Shown one piece after another: positions 1-9,308 of a stretch of 32,000 nucleotides of DNA. The stretch spans positions 1 to 32,000 of the forward strand of contig NZ_JAYKGW010000059.1 of NCBI RefSeq assembly GCF_035285525.1. Reading direction: 5' to 3'. The notes under the pieces were generated by a model. That model saw only the letters and a list, made by a program, of their open reading frames with translations. It was not told where the DNA came from and did no database searches. Source of the DNA: Okeania sp. Its GTDB lineage: Bacteria; Cyanobacteriota; Cyanobacteriia; Cyanobacteriales; Microcoleaceae. Positions within the stretch are counted from its first letter, which is position 1, and each line of letters opens with the position of its first letter. A program made the translations under genes and the position numbers.

Positions 1-117
1 GAACCCATTTGGGGTCTTTACACGCATTGAGGATTGGGAGTCAGGAGACAGGAGACAGGAGTCAAGAAATCGAGAAGTAAAATAGGGAAAAAAGTATAAA
101 AATAGTTCTATTATGCA

Positions 118-216
118 CCATCTCCCCATCTCCCGATCCCCCCATCTCCCCATCTCCCCATCTTCCCATCTCCCCATCTCCGCACCTAATTTTATAGATA
201 CGCTTAGGGGTTCTAG
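118..216. repeat. Tandem octamer tract (CCCCATCT)n plus conserved tail ACCTAATTTTATAGAT..GGGGTT; one of three copies in this window
   Basis: Read directly: about 8 imperfect CCCCATCT units at 118-183, then ACCTAATTTTATAGAT. The same composite recurs at 29594-29673 and 29860-29915. Confidence 0.8.
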
Positions 217-1042
217 ATCTCGTCAGGATCGATACCCAACTCTCGCAGTTTGGCTGCCAAGCGCTCTTTTTGTTGTTCGGCATTGGTAGCTCTTTGTTCA
301 GCATCGGTAGCTCGTTGTTCAGCTACTGCTTCCTTCTCTTTAGCTAGTGTGGCCTCCAGTTTGGCTGCTGCTTCCTTCTCTTCTAGAGTCGGTATCAAAT
401 CTCCTTCCCAAGTCATCCATCGCAACCAGAGTCTACTTACACTATTAAAACTACCCTGCCACAAACCCAAACTTAATTCTATCTCCGGAACCAACAAACG
501 TCCCTGAATCAACTCTGCTTTTTGGTAGCGATCGCCCACCAAACGAAACCCCTGCATTTCATTTGTATAGAGACTGAAGATAATATAATAAGGCACTTGC
601 AGAATGCTCTCGTAAACTTCCCACTTAGTCGGAGGTTTTCCGGTTCTCGTATTGTCTCTCCTAAATCTTCATCTTCTGTGCCCGGAGATAATAATTCTAC
701 CACTACCAACGGGTTAACTTTTTCGTCCCAAACTACATAGCTCCTGCGCAGATCCCATTCGTCATATAAATTCGGCACTCCCACAACTGCAAACCAGTCT
801 GGGCGCTTGTACCATTTAGGATGTTTGACATCGTAGTAAAGATTCAGAGCGGTACCACAAAACAATTTATCGGGATACCAGTTATGGGGTTGAAAAGTTT
901 GGCGTAAAAGTTCGGGTTGAAAGTCGTGAAATACGTCTGGCAAACCTGGTTCCTCCGGATTTTCGCTTGGTAAGTCGTACATGGTAGGCAAAGTTGACTT
1001 TGCTGGCAGTTGTGGTTCATGTTGAACGGATATATTTGTCAT
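213..1042 (-). pseudogene. Uma2-family (DUF820) putative endonuclease, split by a frameshift
   Basis: ORFs 509..1042 and 213..596 are the N- and C-halves of one Uma2-type protein: ...VVVELLSPGTEDEDLGETIRE in one frame and PPTKWEVYESILQVPYYIIFSLYTNEMQGFRLVGDRY in the other. The frames switch around the CCGGAAAA run (plus-strand 636-643). Confidence 0.75.
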
Positions 1043-1429
1043 ATTGGTTTATTTGCTCTCAACATGGTTTTTATAGTTTGAAAAGTTACCGTATCTGCGC
1101 GTACTTTTTCCCATGATTACATAGTAACACACTATGCTTGATAAAAAGGCATAGAGTTGATAATTTTTTTGAGAAATCTAAAGAAGCTTATGTGGGCGAT
1201 CGCAAACTTGAAAAAGCTTGAGAATGTTTAAATTCTCTCCAAGCAAAAATTCAACACTTGCCAGGAATAAAAACACTTCATAATTCTTGACAAACAACCT
1301 CTTTAAAGAAATATCTACCTTTTAAAGCTTCTTCTTTCTTCCTTACCTTTTTTATACAATACCGATAGTACCGGATCTGATTTAATTAATTAAAGCAAAT
1401 TACAAACATTTGTAAAAAGGAGCAAAATC

Positions 1430-4400
1430 ATGACCAACACTGTTTATTCCAAAGCAGTAACATTTGTGAATACTTCATGTAAGAATGATATATTTGGTGC
1501 TAATGCAACAATATACAATAGGCTAAAGCCGGCTGACATAAATGGAAATATTGAATTAATAGGCAAGGATATTGTCTTAAAAAAAGATGATAACAATTAC
1601 TTTGACAAGTTGACGACGAGTCCAAATTCTAAAATTTCATCTGAAGAACCAAAAGTCAAGTTCAAAAATCTCATCATTGCCTGCGATGTTTTGGAAATTT
1701 ATGACGAATTAATCGTTCCAGAATGTAATGTCTCTATTTTTGCCAGAAAATTGATTGTCAAGTCAGGAGGATGTATTAATACCTCACCTCTGCCTTGGGA
1801 TCAACCCCATGCAAAAAACGCTGACTCAGAATCTGATGAGATTGACAAAGCCAAAGCCAGAGATGGAGCCAATGGAAGACATGCAGGCAATGTCAATTTA
1901 TTTGTTCGTGATTTGAAAATAGAGAATAAAAATAATCCGAATTTGAAAATAGAGAATGAAAATAATCCGATTATTAAGGCAAATGGAGGGAATGGGCAGG
2001 ATGCTGGTGAAGGTATGCATGGGAAAGATGGACATAGCGTGGAAAAATATTATGACCACGACTATGTTAGAATAGACAACGGTCATGATGCGGAGGATTT
2101 GGCTCATTTTAATTTCGATCCTCCGGCGACGTATTATGAATGGGAAAGTCGGTTCATGATGACAACGTATCCCATGGAATATGTAGGTTCCAAAGATGAA
2201 CCTACAAGTGGAACAAATGCTAAAAAGCCTGGTAAACCAGGCTCTCCTGGTAACGGAGGAAACATTATATCTAATCAATCTAATCAATCTAATCAATCTT
2301 TACATTATGAACTTAAGCCTGGAGAACCTGGAAAAAAAGCTCTTTACGTAAATGGTGGAGAAGCAGGAATACCTACAAAATCAGGCCAATATAAGATTCT
2401 GGTACACCGGGTACTTCACTTCTGGAACAAGACCGAATATTTAGAAAGTGATATTACTACAATTAAAACAACAAAAACCAAGAAGGGTACATCTTATGAA
2501 GCTCCTGACGCAGACAAGAAAGATGGTGAAAAGGGTACTTACCAACAAATAGAAAGCACTAATGCCTGGCTTCATCCGAAGCAGCTCCAAATCATTTTAC
2601 AGTGGGCTCGCGATGAATATTTAAAAAATCCCACTTCTATAGAAAAAATCGAAGAAATTCTTGAAGTTTATTCTGATGCTTTAAAAAAAGATGTACCTAA
2701 TGAGGATAGTTTAAAAATATGGAATGAGCGTAGTTCAAAAATAATGTGGAGTAAGGGTAAACAGAGAATTAATTCTCTATTAATACAAATTGCAGGAAAC
2801 AAAGATTACTTTAATAATCCTGCTGGTTATATGCCTGTTTTGAGTTTAAACACTACAATCAAGTTATATGAAAATAGTATCGAGGATGCTCTCAAGTCAT
2901 TGGTCTTTGCTAAGTTGGTGTCTAATTCATATAATAAAGCCATAGAAGAACAAAATTTCATCAAAAAAACTACTAAAGATATTGAGAGTAATTCCGAAGA
3001 GTTAGAGAACAATATTAAGGAAGTTGAAAAAGAACTTGAAACAGTAGACAGCAAGATAGACGTTGCAAAACGTAAATTGGATAAGCTATCTACTAAATTG
3101 GCAGACATTGAAACTCGGCTGAAAAATGAAGCTAGCAAGGATGAGAACAAAAAAGCGCAGATCACGTTTGGTTTAAAGATGGGGGCAGCCTTATTGCAGT
3201 TAATACCTTATGGGCAACCAGTATTAGGGGTTGTTGGTAAAATGACGAGTACCATTGCAGATAATCGGGGGGAAGACTTTACAAAACAGTTTGAAGGAGT
3301 TAAGGATGTATTTTCAGAAAATAAAGAAAGTCTGGAGAATGTACTAAAGAAAATCAAGGAAGGTATTCAAAGCAGTAAGAAAGCAACAAATGAGATCGCA
3401 ACTAGAAAGCGTAGTAACGCAATAATATTGTCCGAGAAGCCAGAAGTAACCATCCCCGGACAGAGTGAAGAAGTAAAACCAGAAGAGAAAAAAAATGAGG
3501 AAAGTGTATCGCAATGGTCATACATATCTAAAAATCTTAGTTCGCCAATATCTGACGTAATTGCTGGCTTTAGGGCGTTGAGTGTTCCTGAGTCTAAAAT
3601 TTTGGCACAAGCAGATCAACTCAAAACACAAGACGAAGAATGGAACCAAACTATCACAGAAATCAAAGAATTTACCAAGGAAAAGACAGAGTTATTCAGG
3701 GAATATCTAGCAACTTTGGAGTTACTTAGCAACTTATCATATAGACTTCAAGAAAATACATTTATGAGTTTAAAACTCGGAGATGAGGCCATAACAAAAA
3801 CAGGTGCTGCCGATCCTGATTTACTAGATTTTGCCCTTGAACTGGAAAATCGCTCTCAGGAGCAATTAATTTATCAATTGTACTTGATGACAAAAGCTTA
3901 TGAAACAACTGCTTTTGAGAAGTCAGAGATTAGCTGGCATAGAGATAATTTATTTGACAAAATAATAGATAATATCAAGGATAAGCCTTTTGAAGACTTG
4001 GACAAGACAGCAAGAGAATTGAGTCCGATATTTACGCAAAATTTAAACAAAATCAAACAGAAAACACTGAATTTTTTAACGGAGAAAAGGCATACATCCC
4101 ATACCTTTAATATTACTATCAGTGACCAATCAAACCCAAGTTTAATGAAGCAATTGAGAACAGAAGGAGAGATTTCTTTCAATCCTTTCGATTTTGGCCA
4201 TATCAGGCCAAAGTTCCATTACATGAAGTTTCAAACAATTGCTGAAATAAATATCCATTTTAAAGATAAAAACTCACAAACATCACTTGATTTACTTAAA
4301 TCAAACAATACTTATCCTCAAATAATAATCAAAGATGAGGGGGTTGTCAGAGTAAATGATGAAATATATATGGTAAGAAGTATTCCTCGTATTTTGACTT

Positions 4401-5377
4401 GGAGTATAAGGAAAGGTAAAAAAGATGAAGAGCCTGAACCTGAAAAAGAAAAGTTACGTCTAGATTCATCCAATAAGATCGATCAGTTCTTTCAGACAGT
4501 TATTGGGGATACTACGGGAGAAAAATGTCAACATTTAGCTCTACCCCCAGCATGGTCTGATATGAAATTTCAACTAAACAACGCCAGCTCTGAAAAACTG
4601 CTAGAAAATTTAGAATCTCTTGAGTTGACCCTAGAATATGAAGTAGTGGATACTCCCAGAGACGGGCAAGGCAATCAAAAGCAGTGTGTTATCGATCTGA
4701 GGAGTCCAAATGCTCCAGGCGCAAGCTTCGAGATCAGTGGGTTGAGTCAGGAAAAGATTCAGGTTGTTGGGCAATATTATGCAATAACGAAACAGCATAA
4801 GAAGATTGAAATTACCGCTAGCAAAGAAGCAAATGAGCTGAAATTTCTTGAATGGAACTTAGTTACGGAGAATGAAAAAGTAATAATAAAAGAAAAAACT
4901 ATCTCTGTAGATTTGAGCGACCAAAAGATCAGAAATAAACTTCTGAGAATTGAGTGTGTTTATGGAACTGAGGCTCAAGAAAGGGAAAGGGAAAGAAGAC
5001 ATACTCGCGCAGTATGTAAACCTTTGGGAAGTACAAAAGATTTTGAGGATATGCCTCCTATTGAGGATATTGCTTTTACAGTAGGAGTTGATGGAGTTGC
5101 TGCACCAGATGTTGAGAATTTTGCTATTGCAGGAGTTGATGGAGCTGGTACACAGTCTGTAATCTTTGAACTTCAAGCATTAACTTTATATTCTGAGCCT
5201 GACGATGATTCACCAGTAATAGATTGTGTCGAAGAAGATATGCTGACTTCATATAATGATGAGGGAGAAGATATTCCTTCGGGGTGGGCAAAGGTTACAA
5301 CTGATAGACTTACTGGATTTGTCAAAAAAGAAGACGTGGCTGAATTAAGGGTTGAACCTCACGGAGTGACAAACTAG
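1430..5377 (+). CDS. Orphan giant protein (1315 aa): Gly-rich N-terminal region, long coiled coils flanking one hydrophobic Gly-rich segment, beta-rich C-terminal third, SH3b-like tail
   Basis: Uninterrupted 3.9-kb ORF. AAGGAG sits 7 nt upstream of the ATG. Antisense ORFs inside it are shadows. C-terminal ...PSGWAKVTTDRLTGFVKKEDV resembles a bacterial SH3 domain. No family recognised. Confidence 0.85.
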   Translation: MTNTVYSKAVTFVNTSCKNDIFGANATIYNRLKPADINGNIELIGKDIVLKKDDNNYFDKLTTSPNSKISSEEPKVKFKNLIIACDVLEIYDELIVPECNVSIFARKLIVKSGGCINTSPLPWDQPHAKNADSESDEIDKAKARDGANGRHAGNVNLFVRDLKIENKNNPNLKIENENNPIIKANGGNGQDAGEGMHGKDGHSVEKYYDHDYVRIDNGHDAEDLAHFNFDPPATYYEWESRFMMTTYPMEYVGSKDEPTSGTNAKKPGKPGSPGNGGNIISNQSNQSNQSLHYELKPGEPGKKALYVNGGEAGIPTKSGQYKILVHRVLHFWNKTEYLESDITTIKTTKTKKGTSYEAPDADKKDGEKGTYQQIESTNAWLHPKQLQIILQWARDEYLKNPTSIEKIEEILEVYSDALKKDVPNEDSLKIWNERSSKIMWSKGKQRINSLLIQIAGNKDYFNNPAGYMPVLSLNTTIKLYENSIEDALKSLVFAKLVSNSYNKAIEEQNFIKKTTKDIESNSEELENNIKEVEKELETVDSKIDVAKRKLDKLSTKLADIETRLKNEASKDENKKAQITFGLKMGAALLQLIPYGQPVLGVVGKMTSTIADNRGEDFTKQFEGVKDVFSENKESLENVLKKIKEGIQSSKKATNEIATRKRSNAIILSEKPEVTIPGQSEEVKPEEKKNEESVSQWSYISKNLSSPISDVIAGFRALSVPESKILAQADQLKTQDEEWNQTITEIKEFTKEKTELFREYLATLELLSNLSYRLQENTFMSLKLGDEAITKTGAADPDLLDFALELENRSQEQLIYQLYLMTKAYETTAFEKSEISWHRDNLFDKIIDNIKDKPFEDLDKTARELSPIFTQNLNKIKQKTLNFLTEKRHTSHTFNITISDQSNPSLMKQLRTEGEISFNPFDFGHIRPKFHYMKFQTIAEINIHFKDKNSQTSLDLLKSNNTYPQIIIKDEGVVRVNDEIYMVRSIPRILTWSIRKGKKDEEPEPEKEKLRLDSSNKIDQFFQTVIGDTTGEKCQHLALPPAWSDMKFQLNNASSEKLLENLESLELTLEYEVVDTPRDGQGNQKQCVIDLRSPNAPGASFEISGLSQEKIQVVGQYYAITKQHKKIEITASKEANELKFLEWNLVTENEKVIIKEKTISVDLSDQKIRNKLLRIECVYGTEAQERERERRHTRAVCKPLGSTKDFEDMPPIEDIAFTVGVDGVAAPDVENFAIAGVDGAGTQSVIFELQALTLYSEPDDDSPVIDCVEEDMLTSYNDEGEDIPSGWAKVTTDRLTGFVKKEDVAELRVEPHGVTN

Positions 5378-5457
5378 CTGGAAGATAGATATATCTAGGA
5401 ATTTATAGATTAAATTGAAGAATATTTCAAGTTAAATCTCAAGTCTATTGAGAATAA

Positions 5458-5496
5458 GGGGGAGTTGGTGAATGCTTTACGTTCACTAACTCCCCC
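5458..5496 (+). terminator. Stem-loop about 80 nt downstream of the giant ORF stop (possible terminator)
   Basis: GGGGGAGTTGGTGAA / TTCACTAACTCCCCC inverted repeat. No clear U-tract follows, so terminator function is uncertain. Confidence 0.35.
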
Positions 5497-5604
5497 ATAC
5501 CTTAGATTGATTATTTTAGGACTTACCCATGACAAGGTATTTTCGTCATTGTGACTGACAGGGAAGCAATCTCAAAATGTATCTCCTCGTCTCTGCTTTT
5601 AAGG

Positions 5605-5781
5605 TTAACGTCTCGCTTCTCTTCTCTGCTTTGGTCCTGCCAACGCAACGCAAGAATTGAAAACCACATTTTCATAATGTCCTTGAGCATTTTTTGTAGG
5701 AGTAATACAGCCAGTAGGAACAGTCAATGCAGCCATAGCTACCATTAGACAAAACAACAATCCACAAAGAATTCTTTTCAT
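5605..5781 (-). CDS. Small putative lipoprotein or secreted peptide (58 aa from the internal ATG)
   Basis: MKRILCGLLFCLMVAMAALTVPTGC... is a signal-peptide-like N-terminus with a Cys after the hydrophobic core. Short ORF, weak support. Confidence 0.35.
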   Translation of the reverse strand: MKRILCGLLFCLMVAMAALTVPTGCITPTKNAQGHYENVVFNSCVALAGPKQRREARR

Positions 5782-5896
5782 TTTTATTACCAAAATCAAC
5801 AGCACTATCAATCAATTGTGCATAAGGATACTACCTTGATTTTTTGTAAAGCAGAGCAATTTTACAAAAGTTTAACACTTTATTTGATTTATCGAC

Positions 5897-6136
5897 AAAA
5901 AAGTAGGGACCTATCGCGGCGCGACATGAAAGGCATTTTTGTCGGTGCAACGTCCCTACTTTTTAATGTAAAGGACTTACCCATGAACGCTATTAGTAGG
6001 GTGCGTTTTTGCGCTTCGCTTTATATGTCGCGCAGCGAAACGGCGCTTGAGCCGACATGGAAAGCGGAGCAGTCCCTGTACGATAACGCTGCGCGACATG
6101 AAAAGGCGCACTTCCGTAACGCACCACTATTAGTTT
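5897..6136. repeat. Hairpin repeat (AAAAAGTAGGGAC..GTCCCTACTTTTT) followed by a copy of the AGGACTTACCCATGAACGCTATTAGTAGGGTGCGTT dispersed element
   Basis: 13-bp perfect inverted repeat at 5897-5964. The element from 5972 matches copies at 13581-13826, 22373-22484, 25842-26068 (inverted) and 29686-29777. Confidence 0.75.
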
Positions 6137-6252
6137 AAAAATCATCTTTACCAGCTAATCTGTGGAGTTAGGCTTCTCTTCCATAAAAAAGGTGCGTTAG
6201 CGAAGCGTAACGCACCCTAATGGACTGACCACCTAAAATTGTGCATCGGGTA

Positions 6253-6395
6253 GGGGCGGGTTTGATCAGAAATTTTCATGCTTACTCTAAGATTTACATA
6301 AACCCGCCCCGTTAGAGGGTGGATTATATCATAAGGGGGCGGGTTTGTCTGACTTACTTGTGAAAACTCGTTAACTCACTTGTAAAACCCGCCCC
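6253..6395. repeat. Two GGGGCGGGTTT...AAACCCGCCCC hairpin repeats
   Basis: Hairpins at 6253-6310 and 6335-6395. Same family at 9309-9369 and 9635-9695, with a degenerate copy at about 7640-7772. Confidence 0.8.
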
Positions 6396-6481
6396 TACGG
6401 TGTCTTCCTAATGCACCATTTTAGATGAAACAATACACTACTTTTTAATCTACTAAAATGAAAAGTGTTTTAGATTATAAA

Positions 6482-7582
6482 TTAATTTTTCTTCTGCTGA
6501 TTTTTTTGGTCTAAAACAACTTCTTTTAAAGCTTGGAATGAACGAGAGTTTGATGCTCCTTCGATCGCTTTGACTGCTAAATCTTGAACCTGAATTAATG
6601 TGGAATCTAATTGTTGAGATAAACTCTTAATCCGCTGTTCTTGATTATGAATTGTTTGTTGTAAAGATTGAATGCGCAGTTCATAATATTGTTTTTCTCC
6701 ATCTACTTCTTTTGCTAATAAATCGGCTTTAACTTTGGCTTGATAATTACCAATATTTCGCCCATTTTCTTTTCCATTTTTAATATTAGTTTCTAGCTGT
6801 TTTTCAAAGTCTTGTACTTTTAATTCTACTTCAGCATATTCTTTTTCCCGTTCAGAAATAGACTGTTCTTTTTCTGACCATAACTTCTCCTGTTCTTTTT
6901 GAGATTCTTCTAATTCATTATACAAATTTTTCTTGTTTTGTTCATATTCATCAATATCTAAATCTCGTTGCAAATCCAAATCATATTGATAAGTTTCTGC
7001 CTCCCGTTGCCGAACTTTATTTTCCTGTTCATTTCGTTCTTTAATATTGCGTTGATATTCCTGTTGTTCCTTCTCCCAAGTTTTTTTACTAGACTCCATT
7101 TCCTGTTGTAAATTTTCCTGGCGATCGCTAAATTCAGCTTCAAATTCTTTAGAGTTTTGTTCATATTGTTGAATCAAATTATCTAAAGTATTGTCTTCAA
7201 CATTTTCTAAATTATGTAAATGGTTTAATTGTTTAATTTCTTCTGCAACTTTTTCTCTAACTTCTCCTAATTTAGTAGCTTCTGAAGTGAGCTTTTCTGA
7301 TAATTCGCTAATAGCTCCACCAAAACCATTTTGGAGTGCGAGTAAATTTTCAATTGTATATTGCATAGTTTGTTTGTTAAGAGTTTGATTTGATTTCATA
7401 GTTTGTTTGACCTCTTTTTCTGGTTGATTTGAACTGGAATTTGCAGATGTTTGAGTAGTAGCTTTTCCTCCCTGACTTAACTGTTCTATTTCTGCTTCTA
7501 AGAAAGAATTTTCTGATTTTAATTCCTGAAAAGCTTGTAAAATTTCAGCTTTGGTACTTTTAGAATTAACTGATTTAGTCAT
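6482..7582 (-). CDS. Coiled-coil protein (366 aa), paralogue of 8237..9232
   Basis: Long K/E/Q-rich ORF with AGGAGA upstream of the ATG. Shares WEKEQQEY...YQYDLDLQR and the C-terminal KVKADLLAKE..YELRIQSL..QVQDLAVKAIEGAS blocks with the neighbouring gene. Confidence 0.8.
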   Translation of the reverse strand: MTKSVNSKSTKAEILQAFQELKSENSFLEAEIEQLSQGGKATTQTSANSSSNQPEKEVKQTMKSNQTLNKQTMQYTIENLLALQNGFGGAISELSEKLTSEATKLGEVREKVAEEIKQLNHLHNLENVEDNTLDNLIQQYEQNSKEFEAEFSDRQENLQQEMESSKKTWEKEQQEYQRNIKERNEQENKVRQREAETYQYDLDLQRDLDIDEYEQNKKNLYNELEESQKEQEKLWSEKEQSISEREKEYAEVELKVQDFEKQLETNIKNGKENGRNIGNYQAKVKADLLAKEVDGEKQYYELRIQSLQQTIHNQEQRIKSLSQQLDSTLIQVQDLAVKAIEGASNSRSFQALKEVVLDQKNQQKKN

Positions 7583-7627
7583 TTGTTTTTTCTCCTATTT
7601 ATTTTGTAAGTAGTTGACTGAAATATC

Positions 7628-8215
7628 TAAAATTGTGCATGGGGTAGGGGCAGGTTAGACATTAATGAATAATGAATAATGAAATAAGATTTCTACTTAT
7701 TGTCTACTATCTCTCCCTTTTAACTAAAGGTAATTATTAATTATTTATTATTAATTATTATAAACCCGCTCCAGAATCTAACGCACTAAATTAGTTGTCT
7801 CGTTCGAGTAGTGAACTGACACCCTTAAAAATGTAGTTTGCTTCCGCTTTACTCAACCCAATCTACGCCTAATAGTTGAGCGCTGAATGCTTACTTTTGA
7901 CTTTTGACTTGAACTCCTTTAATATTGTTAGGTTTCGTTCCATGCTTCGCAAGGAAGTGCGCGAACAACCCAACCTACAACTAGGGTTTGGAGACCAAAC
8001 CCCGTTAGATGAAATCTTACAAGTTATTTAGAGCGATTAGCTATCAGCTCAAAAGTTTAAAAATCATTGATTATTTGCTATTTGCTAATATAGTAATCCT
8101 AAATAATTTGTGAAAGAAAACTTTAGGGGTTTGGTTTCTAAATCCCGTTGCTAGGGTTTGGAGACCAAACCCCTAGGTTGAAATCTTACAACCTATTTAG
8201 AATTGCTATAGTTAC
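7628..8215. repeat. Intergenic mosaic of dispersed repeats
   Basis: Contains TAAAATTGTGCAT-GGGGTAGGGGC, a TGACTTT heptamer tandem, GGTTTCGTTCC..CAACCCAACCTAC, three GGGTTTGGAGACCAAACCCC hairpins, and a MITE-like unit at about 8090-8215 with TATAG(T/C)AAT.CTAAATA termini. Each motif recurs elsewhere in the window (10278, 13620, 18093, 18615-18711). Confidence 0.7.
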
Positions 8216-8236
8216 AAGCAAGATACTTGTACTATT

Positions 8237-9232
8237 TTATTTAGATTGAGAACTATTATTAGAACTAGCAAAAGCTCTCATTGCTAAATCTTGTGTTTGC
8301 TGAATAGCAGCTTGTAACTGAGTAGAAATATCACTAATTTGTTCAGTTTGTCGCTGAATAGTTTCTGACAAAGATTGAATTTTTAATTCATAACCATTCT
8401 TCATTCCTTCCCATTCTTTGGCAAATAAATCAGCTTTAACTTTTGCCTCCCGGTTGGCTTCTTGAACTGCCTCTTCTTTAGCTTTAACAAAAGCCTGTTT
8501 CAACTCTTCTTCAAAACCATTAACTTTCTCTCTGTCTGCTTCAAATTTAGTTTGATTTTCTGCCAAATAACTTTCCCTTTCTTGCCATTGTTTTTCTTTT
8601 TGTTGACCTAAATATCGTAATTCTCGTTCCATATTTCGTTTCATTTCTTCGTAGTCATCTGTTTCAATTTTACGTTGACGTTCTAACTCATATTGATAGT
8701 CAGAAACCTCTTTTTCCCGTTGTTTAATTAACAATTGATTTTGTTCTTCAATTGTTAATTCAAACTCTTGTTGTTCTTTTTGCCAAGCTTTGCGCTTAGT
8801 CGTCATATCTTTTGTCAAATTTTCTTGATGTTCGTTAAAATTACGTTCTATTAACCCTAACTTTTCTTGATGTTCTTGAGTTAAAATATGGAGTGCATCA
8901 GCAACAACCCGAATTTTTTGTAACTCTTGTAAATGTTGATTTTCTATTTCAATGGCAAGTTTTAATTCATTAAGTTTTGCCGATTCTTGGTGTAAGTTTT
9001 GTAATAATTGGTTCACAATACTACCAAAATCTAATTGTAGATCGGCTAAACCTTTAACAATAGTATCATTAGTATAAGTAACAGCAGTTTCTAAGATTTG
9101 TTTACCTTTTTCTTTCTCTGCTTCTTCCTCCTTAGTTGCTACTTTTGATGTGATATTTTTGCGAGCATTTAAAATTTGCTCAAAGGATTTCATTACTTTA
9201 AATTTGCTGTTTTCAGAAGTAGTTGTTGTCAT
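8237..9232 (-). CDS. Coiled-coil protein (331 aa), paralogue of 6482..7582
   Basis: WQKEQQEF...YQYELERQR and KVKADLFAKE..YELKIQSL..QTQDLAMRAFASS align with the 366-aa neighbour. GAGAGGAAA sits upstream of the ATG. Confidence 0.8.
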   Translation of the reverse strand: MTTTTSENSKFKVMKSFEQILNARKNITSKVATKEEEAEKEKGKQILETAVTYTNDTIVKGLADLQLDFGSIVNQLLQNLHQESAKLNELKLAIEIENQHLQELQKIRVVADALHILTQEHQEKLGLIERNFNEHQENLTKDMTTKRKAWQKEQQEFELTIEEQNQLLIKQREKEVSDYQYELERQRKIETDDYEEMKRNMERELRYLGQQKEKQWQERESYLAENQTKFEADREKVNGFEEELKQAFVKAKEEAVQEANREAKVKADLFAKEWEGMKNGYELKIQSLSETIQRQTEQISDISTQLQAAIQQTQDLAMRAFASSNNSSQSK

Positions 9233-9308
9233 TTTTTTTCCTCTCTTAGTAATCTGAATTTAATTGCGACTTAACCTAGTGAACTGGCACATCTAATTTT
9301 GTGCATTA

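Noticed and set aside
62-304. 80-aa minus-strand ORF (..GDGEMGRWGDGEMGGSGDGEMV..)
   Set aside because: It is the translation of the CCCCATCT octamer tandem plus the tail of the Uma2 gene. It is periodic low-complexity sequence with no start context.
250-740. Plus-strand ORFs 250..507 and 522..740
   Set aside because: They are antisense shadows of the Uma2 (pseudo)gene. They are Ser/Ala-rich or low-complexity, with no motif.
1898-5176. Minus-strand ORFs 1898..2296, 2827..3165, 3898..4182 and 4859..5176
   Set aside because: All lie antisense within the 3.9-kb giant ORF. Their Ile/Phe/Leu/Ser-rich composition is typical of the reverse frames of an AT-rich K/E/N-rich gene.
5551-6138. Plus-strand ORFs 5551..5748 and 5818..6138
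   Set aside because: The first is antisense to the small lipoprotein candidate. The second reads straight through dispersed repeat copies (the AGGACTTACCCATGAACGC element and hairpins) that recur in non-coding contexts elsewhere.
6958-7388. ORFs 6958..7164 (-) and 7191..7388 (+) inside the 366-aa coiled-coil gene
   Set aside because: They are alternative-frame or antisense shadows of a longer, better supported ORF.
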